Of a stretch of DNA of 64,000 nucleotides, positions 9,253 through 19,023 are shown in pieces. The stretch's first letter is position 1. Each line of letters begins with the position of its first letter. Both the position numbers and the translations under genes were made by a program. The stretch comes from Myxococcales bacterium. Lineage in GTDB: Bacteria > Desulfobacterota > Binatia > HRBIN30. The DNA lies in contig JBBILD010000007.1 of the NCBI GenBank assembly GCA_037445065.1, positions 96,001-160,000 of the forward strand, in the 5' to 3' direction. Under the pieces are notes generated by a model. It saw only the letters and a list, made by a program, of their open reading frames with translations. It ran no database searches and was not told where the DNA came from.

Positions 9253-11331
9253 TTACAGTGTCCAGGTTACCGTTCCAATCCAAGAGCGGCCTGGGAGCGG
9301 AAAGCCGCCCACGTCCGAGATCTGGTTGCCGGTGAGGTTGCGCACCTGGAGCAAGAGCCGCAGGTGCTTGCCGAGGTGCCAGCTCAGACCCAAGCCGTGC
9401 GTCGTTCGCGCCGGTACCCGCTGAAAGTTCGCGAGGTCCAAATAATTCCCGGCGATCGCATTCCACTCGTAAAACCCCTCCCAGCGCCCCCACTCGGCGC
9501 TCACGCGTGCGTAGCCCTCCTGGCGCGGGCGCCCTGGCAACTGCTTGCCAACGTAAATCCCTCCTTGCGCGCGGCTGCGATTCTCGGCGTCTTGCAGGGT
9601 GTAGTTGAACTCGGCGCGCAGGACCTGGCGCAAGCGCATCTGCAGGCCCACTTCATGGCCGCGCAGCCGAGCTTGGCCAATGTTTTCCGGACGAAACATC
9701 GCTGCGCTGCGCTGCACGAATACGACCAGATCGCGCACGTCGTTGTCGAAGTAAGCGTATTCGAGCTGGCCCACCTCGAACCAAGCAAACGCGGGTATCT
9801 GCCAGCGAACGCCGATGTCCCGATTCCACGCGCTCTCGGGAACGAGCGAGGGATTGCCAATTACGGTGCCCGATAGCCCGAACAACTCCAGCAAGCTCGG
9901 CGCTCGCTGGTACCGGCCCGTGTTGGCGAGCAACGTCCAGCCCCAACCGAGGTGGTACGCCAGCCCCAGCGAAGGGTTCACTAAGTCGCGGTCGGTGGAA
10001 AGCCGCGGTACTACGCGGCCGAAGGTACGGATGCTCTTGTCCGTAGCATCGTGTAGGTGCTCCCATCGAAACCCGGGAACCACCGTGAGGCGCTCCGCAA
10101 GGACTCGCAGTTCTGGTTGCAAGGCAAGCGCCGTGCGCCAGCGGCGCGCGGGGCTTTCTTCGGGTGCGTTCAGCGCATCGTTGTCGGGCCAAAACCACTC
10201 GTGGCTCGTGCCCAGCAAGCCAGCCACGCTGAGCACTTCGCTGGCATCCCAGGTGAGGTTCCCATCAGCCCCCACGGCCCACGAGAGGTCGGTACGGTCC
10301 TGCTGCCCGCCTCCCAACTCGCCGAAGGGATCGCGAAACGTGCTACGGTCAAGCGTGCTGTACCCTGTCATCGCACCGCTCGTGGCACTCGCAAAGGGCA
10401 GCTCCGGAAACGTGATCCGCAGCGCATCCAGAACGCGCAAGCGCGTGCCTTCGGCATGTAGAGAAGGATTCGCACCACGCCCCGGCAACTCTGTTTGCCT
10501 CCAAAAATTCTCGTGCAAAACCTCCCAGCGCCCGGCGCCTGCGGCTGGAGCCTGGAGATTCAGCAGCACATCCACACTGTCGAAGGAGTTGTGCACGCGG
10601 GTTACGTCGCGATCGTCGAGCGGGTTTTGCGGCGTGTCGTTGTCCGTGCGAAAGCGGAAGTTGCCGGCGCTGCCTGTGTAGGCGACGTGTGCCAGCCAAT
10701 GGAACTCTCCCCACTGGCGCCGATCCGTGGCGGTGGCTTTGCGGGTATCGAACGATCCATACCCGGCCTGTGCTTGTGTGCCGTGATCGCGCTTGGGTAC
10801 CAGATTCACCGCACCTCCCAAGCCAGCAACCGAGAAATTCACCGGAGTCACACCGCGGTACACCTCGATCCGCGCCAAGCTGTCTATGGGGAGATCGGCA
10901 AGGTCCACCACCTCGTTTCGCGCTCGGGAGAGGGGAATCCCATCGAAAAAAATTTGCACTTGGTTGGCCCCTGCGCCGCGCACGGACAAGGTGGCAAAGG
11001 CCCCTAAACCTCCGTACCGGCGCACGCTCACACCGGCGATGTCGGCCAGCGCATCGGTGACGGTTTTGAGTTCCTCGGCGTAGCGGCTGGTATCGATTTC
11101 CTGCGAATAAGCCGTGGGCGCCTTCCGTTCGGTTGCCCGCAGCGCAGGGGCGCGTACCGTCACCTCTGCCTCCACGTCTGCTCCGCGACACGGCGCACAC
11201 AGCGCCGCAACGGCGAGCACTGCGAGAGCAATCCGCACTGCTTGCCGGCACGTCGTCGGCCCCCGGCTTCTCGCTGTCCGCTTGCTCCACCCCCGCCTTG
11301 GCCCAGCGCCACGCCCCTTCATGGGTGACAC
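9253..11331 (-). CDS. btuB: TonB-dependent receptor, probably for cobalamin (start uncertain)
   Basis: Plug motifs SVRGAGANQVQIFFDGIPL and RIEVYRG...GGAVNL; PSLLELFG, GNPSLVPE; C-terminal FPLPGRSWIGTVTWTL; downstream of the B12 riboswitch. Confidence 0.85.
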   Translation of the reverse strand: MSPMKGRGAGPRRGWSKRTARSRGPTTCRQAVRIALAVLAVAALCAPCRGADVEAEVTVRAPALRATERKAPTAYSQEIDTSRYAEELKTVTDALADIAGVSVRRYGGLGAFATLSVRGAGANQVQIFFDGIPLSRARNEVVDLADLPIDSLARIEVYRGVTPVNFSVAGLGGAVNLVPKRDHGTQAQAGYGSFDTRKATATDRRQWGEFHWLAHVAYTGSAGNFRFRTDNDTPQNPLDDRDVTRVHNSFDSVDVLLNLQAPAAGAGRWEVLHENFWRQTELPGRGANPSLHAEGTRLRVLDALRITFPELPFASATSGAMTGYSTLDRSTFRDPFGELGGGQQDRTDLSWAVGADGNLTWDASEVLSVAGLLGTSHEWFWPDNDALNAPEESPARRWRTALALQPELRVLAERLTVVPGFRWEHLHDATDKSIRTFGRVVPRLSTDRDLVNPSLGLAYHLGWGWTLLANTGRYQRAPSLLELFGLSGTVIGNPSLVPESAWNRDIGVRWQIPAFAWFEVGQLEYAYFDNDVRDLVVFVQRSAAMFRPENIGQARLRGHEVGLQMRLRQVLRAEFNYTLQDAENRSRAQGGIYVGKQLPGRPRQEGYARVSAEWGRWEGFYEWNAIAGNYLDLANFQRVPARTTHGLGLSWHLGKHLRLLLQVRNLTGNQISDVGGFPLPGRSWIGTVTWTL

Positions 11332-12314
11332 GGGAGCGCTTCCACGGCGAACACGAGGTCGGCAGCGGAGATGCGGCCGTCGCCGTTGTGGTCGGCCGCA
11401 GGCGTCGCTTCATGGAACAAGGCGGCGAGCGTGTCCTCGATTCGCCTGCATTGCGCAGGAGAAGCCGCAGGGGTCGGCGTGGGCGAGGGCGAGGAGGTCG
11501 CGGTTGCGGTATGCGTAGCGGCGGCCGTGTACGTGGGAGTTGCGCTCGCGGTCGCGGTCTGAGTTGGTGTGGGTGGAACCGTAGTGCTCGGCGTTAGGCT
11601 CGCGGTCGGGACGGGAACCCCCGGCACACAGACATGAACAGCGGCGATCGCGTCGAGGTCGAACCCGGCAGAGTTCGAGGCAGGCACTCGGTTCCCCGGA
11701 TCGTCCATCTCGTCGCCAGCGTCGCGAATCCGCACGAAGGCAGCCCACGGCAGTCCGACCTCCGCGAGGTCGAAGGCGTCGCCACCGGCCATCAGCGGAT
11801 CGCGCGGATCCATACCGTTTTCCGGGTTCGAGAACACGGGGCTCTTCCCGGCCAGGCCTTGCCAAGAAGCCCGATCGTAGGGAAAAGTGCGAAACTCCTG
11901 ACCGTCTTGGCTGACGGCGACGATCCCGAGTTCTGCAAACACGGGTCCGGTGGGGCCACCAGCGTGAAAGGCGTTTTCGAAGACGATCAAGTCCGCCCCC
12001 GGGCCGTCGCAGATCACGGGCGGATCGAGGCGCAGCACGATTTCGCCGCCGTGGCCCAGGGAGAGCACATCCAACGATCCCTGCAACGCGCCCCCTCCTT
12101 TCGGGGGACCGAGCACGATCCCTGGCAGTTGGTCCTGCCCGAAGCCAGCGTTCCTGCCTGGGGAAAAACTCACCACTGCGTCGGCAAACGACCCCGCTTG
12201 CACCGCACTGGCCCACATGGCGAGCCAGGTGAATAGGGCGAGAGTCGAAGGAGCCAGCGATCCCGCTGGCGACCGCTGGCTCCCCGCCTCCGGCGCTGTT
12301 TCGCTCGCCTTCAC
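11319..12314 (-). CDS. Cell-surface protein with BtuH-like domain, Pro/Thr linker and C-terminal single dockerin/EF-hand loop
   Basis: LSLGHGGEIVL...DLIVFENAF...ELGIVAVSQDG...GGDAFDL...FDLDAI; TPTQTATASATPT linker; DHNGDGRISAADLV. Confidence 0.6.
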   Translation of the reverse strand: MKASETAPEAGSQRSPAGSLAPSTLALFTWLAMWASAVQAGSFADAVVSFSPGRNAGFGQDQLPGIVLGPPKGGGALQGSLDVLSLGHGGEIVLRLDPPVICDGPGADLIVFENAFHAGGPTGPVFAELGIVAVSQDGQEFRTFPYDRASWQGLAGKSPVFSNPENGMDPRDPLMAGGDAFDLAEVGLPWAAFVRIRDAGDEMDDPGNRVPASNSAGFDLDAIAAVHVCVPGVPVPTASLTPSTTVPPTPTQTATASATPTYTAAATHTATATSSPSPTPTPAASPAQCRRIEDTLAALFHEATPAADHNGDGRISAADLVFAVEALPCHP

Positions 12315-12341
12315 GCGCGTACTTCGTTCACGCGAGTGGTG

Positions 12342-13751
12342 TCAGGGCAGGCAGCGGAACGCCACGCGGTCCACGGCGGCCCGCTGGTTCGCGTCACGCA
12401 CGCGCACCTTGACCTTCTTTTTTCCCGGCTTCACGCGGGTTGGGGTGGTGACCAAAGGCACGTCTACCGGCACGGGGCCAAAGCAAAGCGGACCGGTGAC
12501 AGGCAGCGCTCCGCTCACCGTGGTGGCAAGCTGCTGCAAACTCGCATCAGGGGTTGTGGAACCTGGCTGCCACAGCTCGAAGCTCACCACCCCCGGCGAG
12601 GTGCAGCTGCTGCGCGGCACGTTCAAGCACACCCCCAAGGCAAACTGGCAACTCCCGTTGGAGGCTCCGTCCCGATCGCACGACGGGTCACCGTCGCGGC
12701 AGACCGAGTCGGTTGTCGGCTGTCCCTTCTTGTTCAGGCGCGGGCTCACATCGCTGAACTCGCTCCAGCAATCGCGCGCTGCGGGGGCCTTGCCGCCAAA
12801 GAGTTTCTCGATGGGCGTGAGCGTCGTCACCTGCGACACGCCAAAATCCACCACGTACACCCGCCCGCTGAACGGATCCACGTCCAGGCCCGTCGAGAAC
12901 GAGAAGCCTTCGGCCAATTGAGTCAAGGTGTTACTGCTCAGATCAAAGGCCACCAAGGTGCTGCTGGAAAAGGTGGGCGTGAACCCGCCGGAGATCAACA
13001 ACCGCCCTTGGTGGTCGAAAGCCAGGTCGTAGACGCCCGAGAGACCCGTGAGTGGGAGACTCTCGGTATTGGTGGTGTTGTGGAGCACGAGAATCGAGCC
13101 CTGAAACGTGCTCGAACTCACGTCGCCCACGAACAAATCGCCATTGCTGGCGAAGGCAAGGCCGGCCGTGAAATCCAACATGCCGCGGCGTACCACAAAG
13201 GGTGGGTAGAAAAAGCTGCGATGCTGCCACACCTTCCCGTTGCCTGAGCCCACGGCATCACCCACGTACGGTTCCCCATCGGGGCCGATGGCGACTCCTT
13301 GCGCGTTCGGGATCGAGCCCGCGGGCGCCACCTCGAGTCCGACGGCAGGTAGCGGGCCGGACGCGAGCAACGGTGCGGAGCGGGCAAACAAGGTGTCCCC
13401 CGTGGCTGCGCCGCTCAGTTCGCCGCCGTTGTCGGTGACGAACAAGTACGAACGATTCACCGCCAGGCCACCAATGGAGTTCAGCCCAGTGATCAACGCG
13501 GTTACCGTTCCATCCCAGTCGCGGCGCACCACTTGCTGCTGGCCCGCACCGAACGACCCTTGGCCGACAAAGATCGAGGTACCGAACACAGCGACATCGC
13601 CTTGAACTGTATCGGGCAACGGAATCTGCCCGACGATGTAGTCCGGCGATGCAACAACCGTGGCGCCCGCCACGCGAGCGTGTCCACAGACGACCGTGAC
13701 GCACGCCACAAACGCCAAACACAAAACGACCCTTGAAACCTCTCGCTGCAT
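12342..13751 (-). CDS. Secreted NHL/SMP-30-like beta-propeller with Cys-rich C-terminal domain
   Basis: Signal peptide; repeats GVAIGPDGEPYVGD, GLAFASNGDLFVGD, DLAFDHQGRLLISG, GLDVDPFSGRVYVVD; C-terminal CRDGDPSCDRDG...CLP. Confidence 0.65.
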   Translation of the reverse strand: MQREVSRVVLCLAFVACVTVVCGHARVAGATVVASPDYIVGQIPLPDTVQGDVAVFGTSIFVGQGSFGAGQQQVVRRDWDGTVTALITGLNSIGGLAVNRSYLFVTDNGGELSGAATGDTLFARSAPLLASGPLPAVGLEVAPAGSIPNAQGVAIGPDGEPYVGDAVGSGNGKVWQHRSFFYPPFVVRRGMLDFTAGLAFASNGDLFVGDVSSSTFQGSILVLHNTTNTESLPLTGLSGVYDLAFDHQGRLLISGGFTPTFSSSTLVAFDLSSNTLTQLAEGFSFSTGLDVDPFSGRVYVVDFGVSQVTTLTPIEKLFGGKAPAARDCWSEFSDVSPRLNKKGQPTTDSVCRDGDPSCDRDGASNGSCQFALGVCLNVPRSSCTSPGVVSFELWQPGSTTPDASLQQLATTVSGALPVTGPLCFGPVPVDVPLVTTPTRVKPGKKKVKVRVRDANQRAAVDRVAFRCLP

Positions 13752-13943
13752 GACAAACCTCCCGTTTGTCTGTCAGCGCTCCAGCGGAAGCGCGGTTGTC
13801 GCCGGGCCGATGAGCAAGAGCGAGGCAGCCGCGCGACCGGCGCGCATTAAAAAACAACCCGGTAGCGTTCGCACGCTCCGGGTGTGAGTCTTGGGTCGCT
13901 TTGCCATCTCGCCCTCACACCCCGGAAGGCACCGATTTTCCTC

Positions 13944-14098
13944 CGCTGCGGGGCCAGGTCTCCTGGCTCTCGGCAACCTACTCGCGGCGCCTTCCCACCC
14001 GGGCATCCCGAGCAGTGGCAAACTTGCCGCTTTCGTTCCGAATACAGTGGCGGGGGCCGCGCCGGCCTCTCACCGGCTTCCCTCAACCCTGCAGCGCG
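13944..14098 (-). promoter_or_regulatory. Cobalamin (B12) riboswitch
   Basis: Minus strand AGGGAAGCCGGTG...GCCCCCGCCACTGTA...GCCACTG...TGGGAAGG...GAGCCAGGAGACCTG (B12 box); P1 CGCTGCAGGG/CCCCGCAGCG; heads the btu locus. Confidence 0.95.
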
Positions 14099-14103
14099 CG
14101 CCC

Positions 14104-14131
14104 ATTTATACGGCCGCGGCAAGCATGTCAA
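14104..14131 (-). promoter_or_regulatory. Sigma70-type promoter of the riboswitch/btu locus
   Basis: TTGACA-N15-TATAAAT immediately 5' of the riboswitch. Confidence 0.65.
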
Positions 14132-14329
14132 TCCCGCCCCGCGTCCGCTGCCCCTTTCGGTTCCCTACTCCGCGCTCCCCGCCCCGCTGCCGATCGCAGC
14201 GCCCCACCCGCTTGAGCCCGGCGCAAAAAAGAGGCAGACTGATTTTGCGTTTTTTCGCTCGACAAAGTCCCACCCTCGAATCAATACACATACGAATCGT
14301 TCCCGCAGCGCTGCGGAAGGAGGTGCACC

Positions 14330-14764
14330 ATGCAAACGGTGCGAGACGTTCTCGAGCGCAAAGGCCATCAGGTGTGGACCGTGCAAGCGCGGCAGACCGT
14401 GTACGAGGCGCTGGAAATCCTGGCCGAAAAAGACATTGGCGCCCTGCTGGTTTGCGACGGCGACGAGGCAGTGGGGATGTTTTCCGAGCGAGACTACGCG
14501 CGGCACGTGATCCTCAAAGGCAAGTCGTCCAAGGACACGCCCGTGCGCGAGGTCATGAGCGCTCCCTTGCTGTTCGCGAGTCCGCAGCAAAAGATGGAGG
14601 AGTGCATGGCGCTCATGACCGAGCACCGCATCCGCCACCTGCCAGTGTTGGAAGAGGGCAAGATCATCGGCATGATTTCCATCGGTGACGTGGTCAAAGC
14701 GGTTCTGGAAGAGAAGCAGTTCTTGATCCAACAGCTCGAAAGTTACATTACGCTCGGAGGCTGA
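14330..14764 (+). CDS. CBS-domain pair protein
   Basis: AAGGAGGT RBS; IGALLV...GMFSERDYAR...VREVM...RIRHLPV...GMISIGDVVK. Confidence 0.9.
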   Translation: MQTVRDVLERKGHQVWTVQARQTVYEALEILAEKDIGALLVCDGDEAVGMFSERDYARHVILKGKSSKDTPVREVMSAPLLFASPQQKMEECMALMTEHRIRHLPVLEEGKIIGMISIGDVVKAVLEEKQFLIQQLESYITLGG

Positions 14765-14822
14765 CCGCTCGCGCCGGAGGCGAGCGCCGAAGCCAGCCTC
14801 CTGGCTCTTTGCGGAGGAACAG

Positions 14823-15404
14823 ATGCCCAACGTTTCCCCAGCAGACTTCAAGCGAGGAATGGTGATTCTGCTCGACGGGGTGCCGCACGTCATCGAGGAG
14901 ATGCACGCCACGGGCACGGCCAAATTCAAGCAAAAGGTTCACGCCCGCATGCGCCACTTAGCCAGTGGGCGCGTCATCGAGCGCACTTTCGCTGACAACG
15001 AAACCGTTACCGCTGCCGAGCTGGAGCAGCGTAAAGCCACATACAGCTACCGGCAGGACGACGTACTCGTGTTTCTCGACAGCGAGACCTACGAACCGCT
15101 CGAACTGCGGGTGGAACAGCTTGGAGACAAGCTCGCCTTCCTCAAGGAGAACGAAGAGTACAAGGCGGTGTTTCTCGACGGTAAGCTCGTGGACGTGCAG
15201 GTTCCCGACCAAGTGGTGTTGCAAGTCGTGGAAACCGGCCCGGCCCAGCGCGGCAGCTCGGACTCCACGTGGAAACCGGCCAAGCTGGAAACCGGCCTCG
15301 AAATCATGGTGCCGCTGTTCATCGAAACAGGGGAGCGCATTCGCGTAGACACAGCGGCACGCAAGTACGCCGGCAAGGAATCGCCAGAAAAGAAAAGCGC
15401 CTGA
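14823..15404 (+). CDS. efp: Elongation factor P family protein (non-canonical tip loop)
   Basis: DFKRGMVILLDGVP N-terminus; KPAKLETGLEIMVPLFIETGERIRVDT signature. Confidence 0.88.
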   Translation: MPNVSPADFKRGMVILLDGVPHVIEEMHATGTAKFKQKVHARMRHLASGRVIERTFADNETVTAAELEQRKATYSYRQDDVLVFLDSETYEPLELRVEQLGDKLAFLKENEEYKAVFLDGKLVDVQVPDQVVLQVVETGPAQRGSSDSTWKPAKLETGLEIMVPLFIETGERIRVDTAARKYAGKESPEKKSA

Positions 15405-15497
15405 GCCGCAGTTTACCGCGCAGCGCCTCCTGCGGGCAGGTGGTGTCGCCGAGATCGCCAGCGCGGTCGGCGAGTGGGACGCGCACAGCCGCGCGCT

Positions 15498-17213
15498 TCA
15501 GGGGAGTACCGTATCCGTGTCCCGTCCGGATCGGAGTACTCGCCCGGGAGTGGCGCCCGTGTCACGGCCGTCGCGCACGATGGCGGTTCCGTTGACCAGT
15601 ACGAACGGAACTCCGCGCGCTCCGGAGTAGAGCCGCTCCACACCGCCGGGAAGATCGCTGCGCGAGCGAATCGGCTCGGCGTCAATTTCGTTCGGATCGA
15701 AGAGAACGAGATCCGCCCACATTCCCGCTTCCACCCGGCCGCGCCCGCGCAACCCGAAGTAGCGAGCGGGAACGTCGGTGATCAGATGAACCGCCTCCTC
15801 CCACGACAAAAGCCCACGCTGTCGTACCGCTTGCGCCAAGAACGCGGTTGGATAGCGGGCGCCGCACATGCGATCGAGATGCGCTCCCGCGTCCGACCCC
15901 CCGATCATCGCGCGTGGGTCGCGCCACACCTCGCGCCGCAACTGCCAGCTCTCTTCGTCATCGTCGGCGGGCAACGGCCACAAGGCGGTGCGAAGCTCAT
16001 CGGCCACCACGATGTCCAGCAAGGTGTCGAACGGATCCGTTGCCCGCTCGCGTGCGATCTCGGCCACGCTGCGGCCACTCAAACCGCGGTTCTCGGGCGC
16101 GAAGGTGTCGCCGATCTCATAGGCACCCCAGCGCGCGAGACTGGCGAGCGCGCCAGTGGCAGACTCGGCGCTCGTCCGCATCTTTTGGCGAGTGGCCGGA
16201 TCGCGCAGGGCCCGGATGCGTTCTTCCACAGGAAGCGACAGCACGGCCCCCCAGCCCGGGAGCGAGTTGAGCGCGCAGTGGTCCAAAAAGCTCATCTTGA
16301 GGCCACCTAAAATGGGCATCGTGAGCGCGACGATGCGCGCCCCCATGGCGCGCGCACGTGCCCCGGCAGCCAACTGGTGTTCATGGCGAGCGCGATTGGT
16401 TGCCGACACGCCGAGGACATTCCAATTGAGCGGGCGCCGCGCCGCGCACGACATCGCGATCATCAAGTTGACTTCGCTCTCGCTGAACTGGGTGAGGCAG
16501 CCATCCACGATCAACTCGAGGGTGGTGCCCGGGTGGTGGCGGACGGCACGCGCCAGAGCGAGCATTTCCTCGGGCCCCGCGAAACGCGACGGCACCGGCG
16601 CGCCATCACCGTCGGCATGGGTGAACGCCTGTGAGGAAGAGAAGCCGAGGCCGCCCGCGGCAAGCGCCGCGCGCAAGAGGCCCACCATGGCGTCGATTTC
16701 TTTCGTTTTTGCCCGCTGGCCCACTGCCGCCGCACCCATCACTCGCCGGCGCAGCGCACAGTGCCCCACGAGGAAGCCCGCGTTCAAAGCGATGCGGCCT
16801 TCCAGCCGGTCGAGATAATCGGCAAAGCTCGTCCAATTCCACGGCACACCTTGCTCGAGCGCCTCCAGTGGCATGCCCTCCACCTTCACCATCATGCGGC
16901 GGATGTAATCCTGATCCTGTTCGCCGAGCGGAGCGAGGCTAAAGCCGCAGTTGCCGGCAATGACGGTGGTCACCCCGTGCACGTTGGACGGAGTCAACGC
17001 TGGGTCCCAAAAAATCTGCGCGTCGTAGTGCGTGTGTGGGTCAATAAACCCTGGGGCTACGAACAGCCCGTTGACGTCCCAGCACTCCCGCGCTGGCTCC
17101 GCGGCTGGACCCAAGTAGGCGATTTTTCCGTCTCGAATCCCGACCGACACTTGCTGGCGGGGCTTGCCGCTGCCGTCAATGACCGTTCCACCGTCAATTC
17201 GTAAGTCCAGCAT
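15498..17213 (-). CDS. N-acyl-D-amino-acid deacylase / amidohydrolase
   Basis: APGFIDPHTHYDAQIFWDP, HGVTTVIAGNCGFSLAP, GGSDAGAH, VLVNG. Confidence 0.88.
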   Translation of the reverse strand: MLDLRIDGGTVIDGSGKPRQQVSVGIRDGKIAYLGPAAEPARECWDVNGLFVAPGFIDPHTHYDAQIFWDPALTPSNVHGVTTVIAGNCGFSLAPLGEQDQDYIRRMMVKVEGMPLEALEQGVPWNWTSFADYLDRLEGRIALNAGFLVGHCALRRRVMGAAAVGQRAKTKEIDAMVGLLRAALAAGGLGFSSSQAFTHADGDGAPVPSRFAGPEEMLALARAVRHHPGTTLELIVDGCLTQFSESEVNLMIAMSCAARRPLNWNVLGVSATNRARHEHQLAAGARARAMGARIVALTMPILGGLKMSFLDHCALNSLPGWGAVLSLPVEERIRALRDPATRQKMRTSAESATGALASLARWGAYEIGDTFAPENRGLSGRSVAEIARERATDPFDTLLDIVVADELRTALWPLPADDDEESWQLRREVWRDPRAMIGGSDAGAHLDRMCGARYPTAFLAQAVRQRGLLSWEEAVHLITDVPARYFGLRGRGRVEAGMWADLVLFDPNEIDAEPIRSRSDLPGGVERLYSGARGVPFVLVNGTAIVRDGRDTGATPGRVLRSGRDTDTVLP

Positions 17214-17321
17214 CTCTCCTCTCCTCGCGTGCCGTTCCCTGCAGCATGGCAAAGGGGTGAACGTTTGTTAATCCCTTGCTCGCTTCTTCACAAGCACGCC
17301 CCTTTCTGCCACCACTCGTCC

Positions 17322-18521
17322 ATGGTGGACACCAGTTGGCAGGCCTTGCTCGATTGGCTGGGGAGTGCCCCGCGTGAAAACGGCAGCGACGCGCTCGCCG
17401 CCACTGCGCGCTTGCTTCACACGCAGCTCGCCAACCTCGGCTGGCAACCGAGCACGCACGTCTACACAGCGTACCCTTACGAAGCTCGCATTCTCGGTGC
17501 GTTGTTGCTGCTGCTCTCGCTCGCCTACACGCTCTCGATGTGGACCCGCCGCTTCGGCTGGGCCGCACTCCTGCCGCTGTTCGGCTTGGCCGTTGCGTTT
17601 CTCCAGCTCGAGTGGCACTGGCCGCTCGGCTGGTTTGCTGCGGTCGAGCAACAAAACATCATTGCCACGCTGTCGCCTGCTGAACCGAAACAGCGACTCA
17701 TTCTCAGCGCCCACTTCGATACCAAGACCGATTTTCTCGACCATGTGGCGCGGGCGCCGGTGTTTGTCCTTGGCATTCCGCTCACCGTACTCATGGTCGC
17801 GATTGCGCTGGCCAGTTACGTGGGCTTCCATGCCGGGAACTTCACCCCGGCCCGGCGCGCGTTGGCGCGGCTGCTCGGCTGGGCAAGCTTGCTGTATGGC
17901 ACGGCCGCGTTCCTTGCACTGAGCGCCGGTGGACTGATGCGCGAGCGCAGCCCCGGCGTCCTCGACGACGGCGCAGCTTGTGCTGTGCTCTTGCGCCTTG
18001 CGGAAACACTCGCGGCTCGTCCGCCTGCGCACACCGAGGTGCGGTTCGTGTTTTTCTCGGGCGAAGAAATCGGCGCGCAAGGATCGCGTGCTCTGGTGGC
18101 GGAGGAAGGCGCGGGCGGCAAGCCGGCTTTGCCAGAACGGGTGGTCAATCTCGACCCGATCGGAGCTTCGACCGACTTCGCCGTGCTCGCGCGCGAGCGC
18201 GCCTTGTTCTGGAGCTATCGGGCCGACCCTGAAGTGGTGGGGCTGCTCGATCGCGCCCACCAGCGGCTGCGCAAAAAGCCCATTCCCGTGCTTGATCTCA
18301 GTGGGCTCACCGATGCCTGGTCGTTCTTGCGTGCCGGCCGCCCTGCGGCCACGGTGTTGAATCCCGTTCCCCGGTTCGGCATTCCGCGCGGCTTACACAG
18401 CGCGCAGGACCGCGCCGAGCGCATCCCGCTCGGGGCTTTGGAAGAAACTTTGCGCTTTTTCGAAGTCGCGGTGCGGGAGTACGACCGCGTTTCTGCCAGC
18501 ACCAGCGGCGGAGTAACATGA
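17322..18521 (+). CDS. Membrane-bound M28 family metallopeptidase
   Basis: LILSAHFDTK, PGVLDDGAA, FSGEEIGAQGS, NLD, LHSAQD; two pairs of TM helices. Confidence 0.8.
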   Translation: MVDTSWQALLDWLGSAPRENGSDALAATARLLHTQLANLGWQPSTHVYTAYPYEARILGALLLLLSLAYTLSMWTRRFGWAALLPLFGLAVAFLQLEWHWPLGWFAAVEQQNIIATLSPAEPKQRLILSAHFDTKTDFLDHVARAPVFVLGIPLTVLMVAIALASYVGFHAGNFTPARRALARLLGWASLLYGTAAFLALSAGGLMRERSPGVLDDGAACAVLLRLAETLAARPPAHTEVRFVFFSGEEIGAQGSRALVAEEGAGGKPALPERVVNLDPIGASTDFAVLARERALFWSYRADPEVVGLLDRAHQRLRKKPIPVLDLSGLTDAWSFLRAGRPAATVLNPVPRFGIPRGLHSAQDRAERIPLGALEETLRFFEVAVREYDRVSASTSGGVT

Positions 18522-19023
18522 GCCGCGGTTTTTGCGCGCGAGCCGGAGTCCTGGGCAGCTCTGGCCTTCACCGCCCGCCGAAGCGCGCCAGCCCACCTCC
18601 CCGTAAGGAGCACACTGCAGGGGCGCGCAGCGCAGCCGGTTGGACGGCCTTCTCCGGAACCGCGGCGGTCGCGAACAACGACCCAAGCCCCCCATCCGTT
18701 CCTGGAGTGGCCACACGCTCCCGCACCGCGGGGCCGGTCATGCGCCAGGAGGATGCCCATCGCTCGCGCGAGACCGAGGGCCAGCTAGGTCGTCTTTGTG
18801 CAACACGAGCGGCATACCTTCGCTCACGCTGAGAGGGTGCGAAGCCAGTCTCGACCACGCCCACATCGTTCCGAGTGTGACCTGCTCTGTGGTCATCGAA
18901 TGGGGGGGGCGGTCGAGCCCAGCAGAACCGTGGCGCGCGTTTCTGCTGCCTCCGAGTTCGCTCACCCCGAGGACAAGGCACACGAGTGCGAGCTTGGCGC
19001 CCGAGCGCCCGTCGCAGCGCCCG

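Noticed and set aside
18522..19020. Short ORFs between the two convergent M28 peptidase genes
   Set aside because: No recognisable motif or consistent coding signal; probably intergenic or decayed
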